The position numbers and the translations under genes are program-made. A stretch of DNA of 64,000 nt. It comes from Nitrospirota bacterium. Its GTDB lineage: Bacteria; Nitrospirota; Thermodesulfovibrionia; Thermodesulfovibrionales; Dissulfurispiraceae. Numbering within the stretch: the first letter of the stretch is position 1; the number at the start of each line of letters is the position of its first letter. Shown in pieces: positions 51,722-60,408 of the stretch. The stretch covers positions 320,001 through 384,000 of the forward strand of contig CAVPZX010000005.1 of assembly GCA_963710375.1 (NCBI GenBank). The letters run 5' to 3'. Under the pieces are notes generated by a model. It saw only the letters and a list, made by a program, of their open reading frames with translations. It searched no databases and was not told where the DNA came from.

Positions 51722-52347
51722 ATTTTCAACCTTCCTTTCTCGGTGATCAAACCCTCGAGAATCACCGTAATGATAGAGGCATAGGCCGCCTTTATCGTGA
51801 TACCCAGCTCTTCTAACCTCGAAGGGTTTATAATGGCCTGCACCGAGCTTAGGATAATGTCCGTCACCACTTTGGCCGGAATGTCCTTGCGTATGATCCC
51901 GGCCCTGCGTCCCGCGCCAAGTAGCCTCCCGAAATAGCGCTGAATAATATCGCGGCGCCGACCCTCTATCAGTTTGAAGATTTCTGGCGCCTCACGGCGA
52001 AGGTCACGGATAAAGGGGGGATGAATCTCCCCTATATGGCCTTGTATGCAGGTAAGCACATTTTGGAGGACTCGGGGAAAATCGGCCAACGGTCCGGAAC
52101 TTATTTGCTGCAGCTCAGACTCGACGTCCTGAAATTTATCGAGGATTACGACCTCTACAAGAGCCATCTTGCTCGGGAAGTGAGCGTAAAGGGTTTTTTT
52201 GCTCATCCCTAGTTCTTTTGCAATGTCATCCATTGTGACACCGCGAAAGCCGTTAGCGAAAAAATGCTGCCGGGCAGCGGCAACGATCCTCAGCCATTGG
52301 GAATTCACTGCAGGCGATTCTTTCAAATCCGCTTTGGTGCGTTGCAT
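51718..52347 (-). CDS. TetR/AcrR family regulator
   Basis: T.DDIA.ELG.SK.TLY.HF.SK; start at 52347 or 52359. Confidence 0.92.
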   Translation of the reverse strand: MQRTKADLKESPAVNSQWLRIVAAARQHFFANGFRGVTMDDIAKELGMSKKTLYAHFPSKMALVEVVILDKFQDVESELQQISSGPLADFPRVLQNVLTCIQGHIGEIHPPFIRDLRREAPEIFKLIEGRRRDIIQRYFGRLLGAGRRAGIIRKDIPAKVVTDIILSSVQAIINPSRLEELGITIKAAYASIITVILEGLITEKGRLKI

Positions 52348-52401
52348 GGATAATAACACTCCTTCAGGGCAAGGACCTGTAACCGTGCTTAAATACTCTG
52401 T

Positions 52402-52440
52402 AAACTATCGAAGTATATAAAGTTTCCTTGACCGTGTCAA
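52402..52440 (-). promoter_or_regulatory. Sigma70 promoter with probable TetR operator
   Basis: TTGACA-17 bp-TATACT on the minus strand; AAACT-N14-AGTTT inverted repeat over the -10. Confidence 0.7.
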
Positions 52441-52448
52441 GGCCGGGT

Positions 52449-52534
52449 AGGTAAAGGTAGAGGTAGAGGTAGAGCAAAAGCAATAACCAGGGCAGGCTTA
52501 ATCGAGTATTTTCTATACCTCTACCTATACCTCT
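52449..52534. repeat. 6-bp periodic hairpin (AGGTAR units)
   Basis: aggtaa aggtag aggtag aggtag ... ctatacctctacctatacctct. Confidence 0.88.
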
Positions 52535-52657
52535 GTTTGGCATCGCGATACGGTTGCTAAAACAACCCCAAAAAGGGTAGATTATTACAATTCAAATACA
52601 TTAGACAATAAGCACCGGCATGGCAGTCTCAGTAACTACGTGTTTTAAGAGTGTAAA

Positions 52658-52732
52658 GGGCGATTAGCTCAGTGGTAGAGCGCTTCCTTCACACGGAAGA
52701 GGTCGAGGGTTCGATACCCCCATCGCCTACCA
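52658..52732 (+). tRNA. tRNA-Val(CAC)
   Basis: Cloverleaf; anticodon arm cttcc tt CAC ac ggaag; ACCA end. Confidence 0.95.
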
Positions 52733-52741
52733 TTAACGGCA

Positions 52742-52828
52742 AAGGTTAAGGTTGAGGTTGAGACAGATAATGTATAAGGGATTTAACTAAAGTCTTTTTT
52801 TCTTAACCTTAACCTTAACCTTGACCTG
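52742..52828. repeat. 6-bp periodic hairpin (AGGTTR units)
   Basis: aaggttaaggttgaggttgag ... cttaaccttaaccttaaccttgacct. Confidence 0.9.
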
Positions 52829-52846
52829 TTTTCTCCGGGGTGAAGT

Positions 52847-53419
52847 GTGAGCAAAAAAGAAAAGTGTGATCATCTAATCTCTCATTACAGTAAGCTTATC
52901 GAATCAAACCCGAATGATTACAGGGCATACAACAATCGCGGCAACGCATACCAGAAGTGTGGGGAATATGATCTCGCTCTTGCCGATTACGATGGGGCCC
53001 TCGAGCTGAACCCGTCATTCGACCTTTGCTACATCAACAGGGGCAACACGTACCAAAAGACAGGCGATTACGAACGTGCAATCGCAGACTATGACAGAGC
53101 GATCGCGCTGAATCCGGAAAACAGCATGGCCTATAACAACAGGGGCTTTGTGTACATGTTAATGCAAAAAAACAAGGAAGCGGAGAGGGACATTAATAAA
53201 TCAATAGAAATCAATCCGAACAATATATATGCCCTGAACAGTATGGCTGAATTTTGTGCTGCCCAACAAAATGCACAGGAGGCGTGCAAATGGCTGAAGA
53301 AGGCCATTGACAAGGGATATAACAACTGGGGATACATCAAATCCTCCCAAACCTACGACAACATACGCTCCGCCGCCTGTTTCAAAGAAATACTGAAGGC
53401 AATAGGCAATAGGCTATAG
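52847..53419 (+). CDS. TPR repeat protein
   Basis: Repeated AYNNRG...A..DY..A..LNP. Confidence 0.92.
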   Translation: MSKKEKCDHLISHYSKLIESNPNDYRAYNNRGNAYQKCGEYDLALADYDGALELNPSFDLCYINRGNTYQKTGDYERAIADYDRAIALNPENSMAYNNRGFVYMLMQKNKEAERDINKSIEINPNNIYALNSMAEFCAAQQNAQEACKWLKKAIDKGYNNWGYIKSSQTYDNIRSAACFKEILKAIGNRL

Positions 53420-53818
53420 GCGATGGGAAAAAATGGTTTCAAGGATTTGATTGTTTGGCAAAAAGCTAAAGCTCTTGCAGTTTATATTTACAAAATATCT
53501 GAAGAAGGATCTATAGGTCGAGATTTTGGTTTGAAAGATCAGATTCGGCGAAGCGTTGTAAGTATAGCGAGCAATTTGGCAGAAGGAGATGAACGCGATA
53601 CAGATAAAGAATCTGTGCGTTTTTTTTATATTGCAAAAGGATCACTTGCCGAACTGCAAACTCAGATCCAAATTGCTAATGAGGTAGGTTATTTGGAAAA
53701 GAACATTTATGAACAATGTGAGAAATGTTGTAAAGAATTGGGGAAAATGATAGGCAGTCTCATCAAAGCGAGAACGAAATCCAATAACCTATAGCCCATC
53801 GCCTATAGCCTATTGCCT
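53397..53818. repeat. AGGCWAT periodic inverted repeat enclosing a whole gene
   Basis: 53404-53427 aggcaataggctataggcgatggg is the exact reverse complement of 53795-53818. Confidence 0.93.
53423..53794 (+). CDS. Four-helix-bundle protein (23S rRNA intervening-sequence protein family, PF05635/TIGR02436-like)
   Basis: FKDL.VWQKA, GL.DQIRRS..SI.SN.AEG, F..IA.GS..E..TQ and GYL. Confidence 0.93.
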   Translation: MGKNGFKDLIVWQKAKALAVYIYKISEEGSIGRDFGLKDQIRRSVVSIASNLAEGDERDTDKESVRFFYIAKGSLAELQTQIQIANEVGYLEKNIYEQCEKCCKELGKMIGSLIKARTKSNNL

Positions 53819-53844
53819 GTCTTTTTGTGTTTTTTTTCACATTT

Positions 53845-53930
53845 ATGTAGTATTATTGCTACATTCTCTTCCAGGTACTGTTTTATTATTACTGCATATC
53901 CAAGTAGTTATGCTCGGCATATTTTTTGCT
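53845..53930 (+). promoter_or_regulatory. Putative sigma54 promoter with upstream palindrome
   Basis: cGGCA-tattt-tTGCT (GG-N10-GC) at 53915-53930; ATGTAG-N8-CTACAT at 53845-53864. Confidence 0.55.
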
Positions 53931-54191
53931 CTTTATCTTCTTGGGATTATTGCGTTCTTTGAAACCTCGCTGGTCGTAATTTTCTTGACTATTTGCTATG
54001 AAGCGGTTAAACTATGCCAGTTTTCATAAAACCTTTTACTTTTTTATAAGGCTTGTTTCCGTTGGCGGAAACAAAATCCACGGAAGAAAGGGGGGGTGAT
54101 ATAAGAAGATAAAAAACGGATAATGTAGAAGTCAGAGGATTTAAAATCCGCCTTTGGCGGACAAACTGAACTAACCTCAGGAGGTTAGGAA

Positions 54192-55739
54192 GTGAAAAAG
54201 TACTTATCAATTCTTTTAGCTATGTTGTGTGTCTTCGGCTTTGCAGCCAGCGCTTTTGCTATGCATGCCGACATCCCTTCAGAAACAACGGCGGCCATAG
54301 CCCAAGGCAGTACCCAGATAACAATAAGCGGTCAAATCAGGGCTAGATACAATTGGCAGCACACGGGTTTTAACAGTAACGATAACCAAGTCGAGTCAGC
54401 TTATATGGATGAGCGCATAAGACTCGGCGTCCTGGCCGTATTGAGTCCGAACACAACCGGTTTTATTGAGCTTTCGAGCGAGGCCGATCCAGCTTCATCC
54501 GGCACAGCTTCGTATGATAATATGTATGGCGGTTCGGGAGGCACAGGCGTTGGAGGATCCGGCAAGTCTGATTCTTACGGCCTGGCTGGTGGAGTGGGCA
54601 ATGAGTTGAAGGGAACCGTTGCCATTCGTAACATGTGGATACTGTACAAAGGCACAGGCCTGCTCGGCGTGGAGTCTGGAATTAAGGTCGGTCATATGCC
54701 GATGAGCCTTGGCAGCGGTCTGTTCTTTGACCACACCTATTTTGGCGACGACGGTATTATTGCATACGTGTTCCCTGTCAAAGAGCTTGAGGTTGCCGGA
54801 GTGGTAAACATTGCAGAAGTGGATGGTATAAACAATCCTCCATTGGGTTCTGCATTAAACACATCCTTAAGCAATAAGGCCACCGGATATGTCTTATTGG
54901 CAAATTATAAACCAAGCAAAACCACGTCTATCAGTGGCGACGTAACTTTCTTTAATGTACAGAATGCCGGCGAGACGACCACCACTACTAACGATTTCGG
55001 CAGTATTCACCTTTGGAACTTTGCTCTAAGAGGCAACACCGAGGTTTCAGGCGTGAGACTTAAGATCGATGGTGAACTCCAGGCAGGAGACTTTTTAACT
55101 TCGTTTACTCCAAGCACGACCCACACCACCGTGCCTGCCACTACTTTGCACGGCTATGCAGTGCAAGGAGGCATAGGCTATACAGTTGATCCTGTAATGC
55201 TCGACCTTGAGGTTGGGTATGGCAGCGGTGACAGCGGCAAGAATTCGACCAAAGCTAACTCCTTCTATACTGCGGAGGGTCCGGAGTCGACCTTTGGCGA
55301 TCCTTACAGGTACAGCCATGGAGTACAAGGCCCTTATGTGTATAATTACCGTACCGTCAATGCCGCAGGCATCCAGTACGGCGGTCTTTCAAACACCATG
55401 TATGTTAGAGTCGGCGGCAATGCTGATCTAACAAAGGGCCTGAATTTTGATGCCGCATTTTTCTACCTTTCGGCTGCTAATGCAATCACATCATCAAATG
55501 TTGGTTTATACGGCTTTTCAGCCTCTAACGTAGCGGCCGCGGGATATAAGGCCAGCCATGACATAGGTGAAGAAATTGACGCAAAACTCACCTACAAACT
55601 CGACAAAGGACTTCAGACCTGGGTCGAAGGTGGCTACCTTTGGGCAGGAGACTTCTGGAAAGCAGTTTCAACAGTTACACCCGGACAGAGTCCGAGCAAT
55701 TGCTACACAGCAAGGACCGGTATACAGTTAGACTTCTAA
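54192..55739 (+). CDS. Outer-membrane beta-barrel porin-like protein
   Basis: Signal peptide, alternating beta-strand pattern, G.E.D....Y and C-terminal Phe (GIQLDF). Confidence 0.82.
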   Translation: MKKYLSILLAMLCVFGFAASAFAMHADIPSETTAAIAQGSTQITISGQIRARYNWQHTGFNSNDNQVESAYMDERIRLGVLAVLSPNTTGFIELSSEADPASSGTASYDNMYGGSGGTGVGGSGKSDSYGLAGGVGNELKGTVAIRNMWILYKGTGLLGVESGIKVGHMPMSLGSGLFFDHTYFGDDGIIAYVFPVKELEVAGVVNIAEVDGINNPPLGSALNTSLSNKATGYVLLANYKPSKTTSISGDVTFFNVQNAGETTTTTNDFGSIHLWNFALRGNTEVSGVRLKIDGELQAGDFLTSFTPSTTHTTVPATTLHGYAVQGGIGYTVDPVMLDLEVGYGSGDSGKNSTKANSFYTAEGPESTFGDPYRYSHGVQGPYVYNYRTVNAAGIQYGGLSNTMYVRVGGNADLTKGLNFDAAFFYLSAANAITSSNVGLYGFSASNVAAAGYKASHDIGEEIDAKLTYKLDKGLQTWVEGGYLWAGDFWKAVSTVTPGQSPSNCYTARTGIQLDF

Positions 55740-55787
55740 AAACAGTGATCGGTTATGCGTAACGCGTAATGTGTGAACGCAGTATCC

Positions 55788-55820
55788 AAGGCGGGTCGAA
55801 AGACCCGCCTTTCTTTTTTT
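55788..55820 (+). terminator. Intrinsic terminator
   Basis: aaggcgggtc-gaaa-gacccgcctt followed by a T tract, between convergent genes. Confidence 0.88.
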
Positions 55821-56685
55821 ATTTATGGCATTTGCCGCAGTCTGTTACTGATGTCGCAATTGTACCGTTATGGCAGGCTCCGCACTGTTTACCCTTGTTC
55901 ATCGCATCCATGGTCATTTTGCCCTGAGTTTTTTTCATGGTAAATATTTTCGGATGGCACTTAGCGCAGGAGAATACGCCGGTATGAAAAGTATGGCTGA
56001 ATGTGACCGGTCCCATGTCTTTCACCTTGTAAACCAGCGGGGCTTTCGGCGCGGGCGTCTTTGCATGGCATTTCGTACAATCAGTGGAAGCAAAAGCCGT
56101 CTTACCGTTATGGCATGCGCCGCAGTATTTGCCCTTATAAAGGTCTCCCATGGTGATCTTATCCTGTCCTTTTTTCAGGGCAAAGAGCTTTGCGTGGCAA
56201 TCCGCGCATTTAAAAGTTGTCGTGTGTACCGCATGCTCAAAATTGACTGCTGAATCACCGGCCCCCAGTACAATTGCCTTCTTTGGAGCCTGAAATGACC
56301 AGGCAACAGGTTTGGCTTTTGCCGCAGCCGCAGCCTCTTTCAGGCCGCCATGACAGCGGGCGCACTCTGTGTTTGAAGCAAAGGCTGTCTTTCCGTTATG
56401 GCATGCGCCGCAGTACTTGCCCTTATAAAGCGCATCCATGGTAAAATCCTCTTTACTCTGCGCTGCCAGCGCCTTCATTTCAAAAAGTTTCATATGACAC
56501 ATATCGCAGCCTAGTTTTTTGTCTTCCACATGCAGCTTGTGGCTGAAAAGCACCGACTTAACAGGTTTCGTATACAGGATGTCCCCTCCGTAGGAAACAG
56601 CTTCCCCGGCAAGAGCCCTTCCAGAAGGCAGAAGGAAAAGCGCTATCACAATAATGAGCAAGTGGACAATTGGTATTTTTATCAT
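55819..56685 (-). CDS. Nonaheme cytochrome c (three c7-type triheme domains)
   Basis: 9 CxxCH in three repeats F.H..H...C..CH...M.....GK.CGACHNG..AF...C..CH. Confidence 0.9.
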   Translation of the reverse strand: MIKIPIVHLLIIVIALFLLPSGRALAGEAVSYGGDILYTKPVKSVLFSHKLHVEDKKLGCDMCHMKLFEMKALAAQSKEDFTMDALYKGKYCGACHNGKTAFASNTECARCHGGLKEAAAAAKAKPVAWSFQAPKKAIVLGAGDSAVNFEHAVHTTTFKCADCHAKLFALKKGQDKITMGDLYKGKYCGACHNGKTAFASTDCTKCHAKTPAPKAPLVYKVKDMGPVTFSHTFHTGVFSCAKCHPKIFTMKKTQGKMTMDAMNKGKQCGACHNGTIATSVTDCGKCHK

Positions 56686-56706
56686 ATGTGACCCCTATTA
56701 AATATA

Positions 56707-57462
56707 TTATCCCTTTGTGTAAAAGACATTGGGTAGTGCTCCAACATCAGGGCGTAAAACCCATACCACTTTATCCAGTTGGTGCACCATTTTGTAGACC
56801 TCGCTGGCGGGGTCTGATAAATCTCCGAAATTCCTCGTCTTGGTCGGACATGCCGCAGCACAGGCAGTCAGTTTTTCACCCTTGGAGAGGCGGGTGTCAT
56901 AACAGAAATTGCACTTGTCAATGGCATGCCTCTCTTCATTAAAATACCGTGCATTGTACGGGCAAGCCAGCATGCAGGTCTTGCAGCCGATGCATTTATA
57001 GCTTATCATTAGGACAATCCCTGTTTTCTCGTCCTTGAAGGTCGCCCTCGTCGGGCAGGCCCTGACGCATGGGGGATTATTGCATTGGTTGCAAAGTACT
57101 GGAATAAATTCCCTCGTCCTGCCTATGGCATCCGGGACATCTTTTTCGAGTATCCTCGTCCGGTAACCATACGAGGGCACTTCGTTTGTTATGCGGCAGG
57201 CCTCGAGACATCGCCCGCAGTCAATGCACCTGTCCTGCCTCAGCACCATCCCATAATGCGGCTTGTACGGATACTTTTCAGCCGCCTCCTCAGGGGATGC
57301 GAAAACTTTGTTCAGATTCGACATCACAGAGAATACCGTGCCTCCCGCGAACACTCCTGTAATTATCAGTCCCACCCTCAGGAATTCCCTGCGCTCCATA
57401 GGCGAGACAGAGTCCATACTCTCCTTTTTTAGTTTCTCGAAATCTATTTTCCCGTTCTTCAT
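56707..57462 (-). CDS. Tat-exported 4Fe-4S protein (NrfC/PsrB family)
   Basis: RREFL Tat motif; four Cys clusters (CIDC..C, CNQC..PPC, CIGCKTC, KCNFC). Confidence 0.92.
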   Translation of the reverse strand: MKNGKIDFEKLKKESMDSVSPMERREFLRVGLIITGVFAGGTVFSVMSNLNKVFASPEEAAEKYPYKPHYGMVLRQDRCIDCGRCLEACRITNEVPSYGYRTRILEKDVPDAIGRTREFIPVLCNQCNNPPCVRACPTRATFKDEKTGIVLMISYKCIGCKTCMLACPYNARYFNEERHAIDKCNFCYDTRLSKGEKLTACAAACPTKTRNFGDLSDPASEVYKMVHQLDKVVWVLRPDVGALPNVFYTKG

Positions 57463-57486
57463 TGTCTAACCTCCGTTTTCTGCAGT

Positions 57487-58740
57487 TTAATGTATCTCGC
57501 TCTTGTGCCCGCGGAAGACCTTCTCTCCCATCATGAATGTCGTGGCTGTCAATCCCATGCCGGCCAGGACAATAAGTATCTCATGGAAAGAAGGGGTATA
57601 TGACAACAACCCGGGATATTCCTTGACACCAAGATCATGATAGACAGGTACAAGCTCTCCGATTACCAGGAGATCGTACCTCATAAAGAAGATTGCGAAA
57701 ATCATCATGGCGGAAGCGAGGAATGCTATATTGATATTCTTACCTTTGGAGGTCAGCAAGATCACGAACGGGATAATCAATCCCATAAGTATCTCTATAA
57801 CCCAGAAATTGAAAGCATAGGAGCCGCTCATCATAGCCGTGAGGGCCTCGATTTTATCGGGTCCACCTACCAGGCCGGTGAGGATCTTCCAGGCGACAAG
57901 AAATAGAGTCACCACGATCATAAGCATTAAGAGTTTTGAGATGGCCTCCATGGAGCGGAGCATAGGCCTGTCCATCTTCTCGTTTGTGATCTTGTACCCC
58001 AGCCACGTAAAGAAGATGATTGTGGCGCACCCCGACATGATCGCCGAAGCGATGAAATAAACGGGCAGGAACGGTCCGTACCAGTATTCACGCGCGTGCA
58101 GCATACCAAAGATAGCGCCCAGGTTGCTGTGTGCACTGACACCGGAGATCAACCCTGCCAGCCCGAAATAGGTGGCGAATTTGTGGTTATCCAACAAAAG
58201 GAAGATGAACTCGACAATCATGAAAAACATATATGCGCCGTAAAGGGTGCCCATCCACCAGATATTGGAGGTCAGCCCCGGTGAGATCACATTGTAAAGG
58301 GCCATTCTAAAGGGGTTCTCTATCTCGAATAAAATCACGGTGAACCCCGCTACGATGGTGACGATCGAGAGGAAGACCGCCCGCTTTGCGATGGGCATAA
58401 AGTTCTTGACGCCGAAAACATGCCCGATGGATGAAACTATACAAAGACCGGTGGATGTTACCACAAAGAAGATGTAGGTTGAAATCAGTATGCCCCAGGG
58501 TACCTCCCTGCTTACTCCATATGCATTCAGGTACCCTATACGGACCGCATCCAAAGCTCCGAGGGAACCGGCGTATACGATGATAACACCTATGCCTAAC
58601 AGAACATAAAAGGACTTGCTGCCTGAAAGGAACCCGGTCATAGTGGAATACCATTCCACCAGGAACGAGGACTTCAAAGACTTTGTCAGGCTATCCATTA
58701 TTTCCGAGGTTTTCACAGGTGGTTTTGACTCATTTTCCAT
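57487..58740 (-). CDS. NrfD/PsrC family membrane anchor
   Basis: VPWG..I..Y.F and P...S...W motifs; about 10 TMs. Confidence 0.9.
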   Translation of the reverse strand: MENESKPPVKTSEIMDSLTKSLKSSFLVEWYSTMTGFLSGSKSFYVLLGIGVIIVYAGSLGALDAVRIGYLNAYGVSREVPWGILISTYIFFVVTSTGLCIVSSIGHVFGVKNFMPIAKRAVFLSIVTIVAGFTVILFEIENPFRMALYNVISPGLTSNIWWMGTLYGAYMFFMIVEFIFLLLDNHKFATYFGLAGLISGVSAHSNLGAIFGMLHAREYWYGPFLPVYFIASAIMSGCATIIFFTWLGYKITNEKMDRPMLRSMEAISKLLMLMIVVTLFLVAWKILTGLVGGPDKIEALTAMMSGSYAFNFWVIEILMGLIIPFVILLTSKGKNINIAFLASAMMIFAIFFMRYDLLVIGELVPVYHDLGVKEYPGLLSYTPSFHEILIVLAGMGLTATTFMMGEKVFRGHKSEIH

Positions 58741-58753
58741 AACTCCTCCTTAA

Positions 58754-58933
58754 GGGCTCGCGAATAAATACCTTGTACATTGATGCATCTCGGATTTAGG
58801 CCATCTTTGCCCGATCCTCAGTCACAAAATCCTCAACGTAGCTATGCTACGCCTGCGGTTTTGCTCAGTCGGATCAGCCAAATCTGACCCAAATCCGAGC
58901 GCCTGAATGCACAAGGTATTTATTCGCGAGCCC
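58754..58933. mobile_element. ~180 bp MITE-like long hairpin, copy 2 (inverted)
   Basis: Perfect 22-bp TIR gggctcgcgaataaataccttg; homologous to 27923-28103. Confidence 0.88.
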
Positions 58934-59023
58934 GTATCTTTTTAAAAGCTTGCTGTGTGCTCAAAACCTTTTTGCTAATCCCACAGCTGGCTGCGGGATT
59001 GATAAACCGAGACACTTTTAGTC

Positions 59024-59067
59024 TATCATTAAAAACCGCCGGTGCGCTCCGGCGGTTTTTAATGATA
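59024..59067 (-). terminator. Intrinsic terminator (bidirectional form)
   Basis: tatcattaaaaaccgccgg-tgcgct-ccggcggtttttaatgata. Confidence 0.75.
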
Positions 59068-59139
59068 CAGGCGTCTTATTCCGCAAACTGCCCCTTCCAC
59101 TCTTTTGTGCAGACAAGTGGAAATCCATCTTCCGTTATA

Positions 59140-59472
59140 TTATATCTTTTCCGCTACCCTATGGGTCTCAGGTATCGCCACTTTACTGGCCTTCACAGCG
59201 TCTGCGATGAAACCCGCTGCCCATCCCAGCACACCAAGGCCGACAACAAAGACGACAGCGGTCATCAGTACTCCCGCTATCATGGAAAAGGCGACAATCA
59301 GCCGCGGCATTATAGCCCCTGCCACTATAGGCCCAAACATGCCCTCCGCAATCTTCAATCCGACATACCCTCCGACAAATGAGCCTGGAAGCACTCCTAC
59401 CAGTACCAACAGAACCAGTCCCATACCTGTCCCAATATACAATCCTTTCTTTGCCATATCATTCGTTGCCAT
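59140..59472 (-). CDS. Small Gly-rich membrane protein, paralog 1
   Basis: KKGLY.G.G.GLVL..L.G.LPGSF.GG; GGAGGGGAG RBS. Confidence 0.85.
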   Translation of the reverse strand: MATNDMAKKGLYIGTGMGLVLLVLVGVLPGSFVGGYVGLKIAEGMFGPIVAGAIMPRLIVAFSMIAGVLMTAVVFVVGLGVLGWAAGFIADAVKASKVAIPETHRVAEKI

Positions 59473-59499
59473 TTTTACTCCCCTCCTTATTTATATTTG

Positions 59500-59853
59500 C
59501 TACCTTTTTTTGCCCTGAATTATTATTTCCTTCTTCACCTCTTTATACGGTGAACTGTAGGAAATGATAATATCGCCGTATTTGCTCTGGAAGTCCAATA
59601 ATTCATCGAGACTGTTGATCTCGACTACCCATTGTTTTGTTTTAGCCTTTTTATCGCATACGATCATTCCGTTTTCTTCCCTGTGATTTTCGCCTTCAGC
59701 GATCCAATCCTTATACCAGATTTTTCCCTTTGCCTCATCTAGCGTTTTTACATCTCTGTAATCCAAAGGGGTCAGCTCATATTCTTTTGCCTCACTGCAG
59801 GGACTTTTGCTCTCTGTCAGTGACACCCTCGTTCCGCTGATAACAAACAACAT
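59500..59853 (-). CDS. Hypothetical protein (AT-rich)
   Basis: 117-aa ORF with GGAGG RBS, between the two paralogs. Confidence 0.7.
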   Translation of the reverse strand: MLFVISGTRVSLTESKSPCSEAKEYELTPLDYRDVKTLDEAKGKIWYKDWIAEGENHREENGMIVCDKKAKTKQWVVEINSLDELLDFQSKYGDIIISYSSPYKEVKKEIIIQGKKR

Positions 59854-59888
59854 AATTATTTATCTTCCTCCTCTATTTTTCTATATTA

Positions 59889-60227
59889 TTATTTAACTAC
59901 GGATGTAACTTCTCTTTCAATTCTCTTGCCATGCCTTATCGTATCCACAGCATGCCCGACCAACCAGCCCAACAAAGAGAAGCCCACCACAAAGACCACC
60001 CCTGCTAGCATCACCCCAAGCACCATGGATACACTCACAATGATCCTGGGCAGCACAGATGCAGTCAACGGCAGTCCGAAGATGCGGCCCGCGATGTTAA
60101 GTCCGACCACTCCTCCGATAAAGGAGCCTGGAAGCAACCCTGTAAGTGCGAATAAAACGAGACCAGCCCCTATTCCAGTATATAATCCCTTTTTTGCCAT
60201 CTCTCCTAAACCATTACCGTTTGCCAT
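59889..60227 (-). CDS. Small Gly-rich membrane protein, paralog 2
   Basis: Same motif as 59140-59472; AAGGAGGT RBS. Confidence 0.85.
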   Translation of the reverse strand: MANGNGLGEMAKKGLYTGIGAGLVLFALTGLLPGSFIGGVVGLNIAGRIFGLPLTASVLPRIIVSVSMVLGVMLAGVVFVVGFSLLGWLVGHAVDTIRHGKRIEREVTSVVK

Positions 60228-60277
60228 CTTTATGTACCTCCTTACTTATTTGTGGTCGGTGTATCTGTCTTAAATAA

Positions 60278-60294
60278 AGCACTTCTCATGCCAG
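60278..60294 (-). promoter_or_regulatory. Putative sigma54 promoter
   Basis: CTGGCA-tgaga-AGTGCT (GG-N10-GC) on the minus strand, ~50 bp upstream of the ORF. Confidence 0.55.
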
Positions 60295-60408
60295 CCGTGT
60301 ATGCATTGATTTTAAAAGGTTTTTACCTTGAAATCTTTCGCATGTTTGCAAAACAAGTTGTTTGTATTTGCGCAATTGCTAAAAATCAGATGATTGGATA
60401 GGCTATTG

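Noticed and set aside
52658..52732. tRNA-Val as integration site of an island
   Set aside because: No integrase and no duplicated tRNA 3' end noticed; the efflux block lies on the 5' side.
53423..53794. Diversity-generating retroelement or rRNA intervening sequence
   Set aside because: No reverse transcriptase, no TR/VR pair with A-specific mismatches and no rRNA gene in the window.
54010..54190. Known riboswitch (e.g. c-di-GMP-I) in the porin leader
   Set aside because: Consensus motifs not recognisable by eye; kept only as an unknown structured leader.
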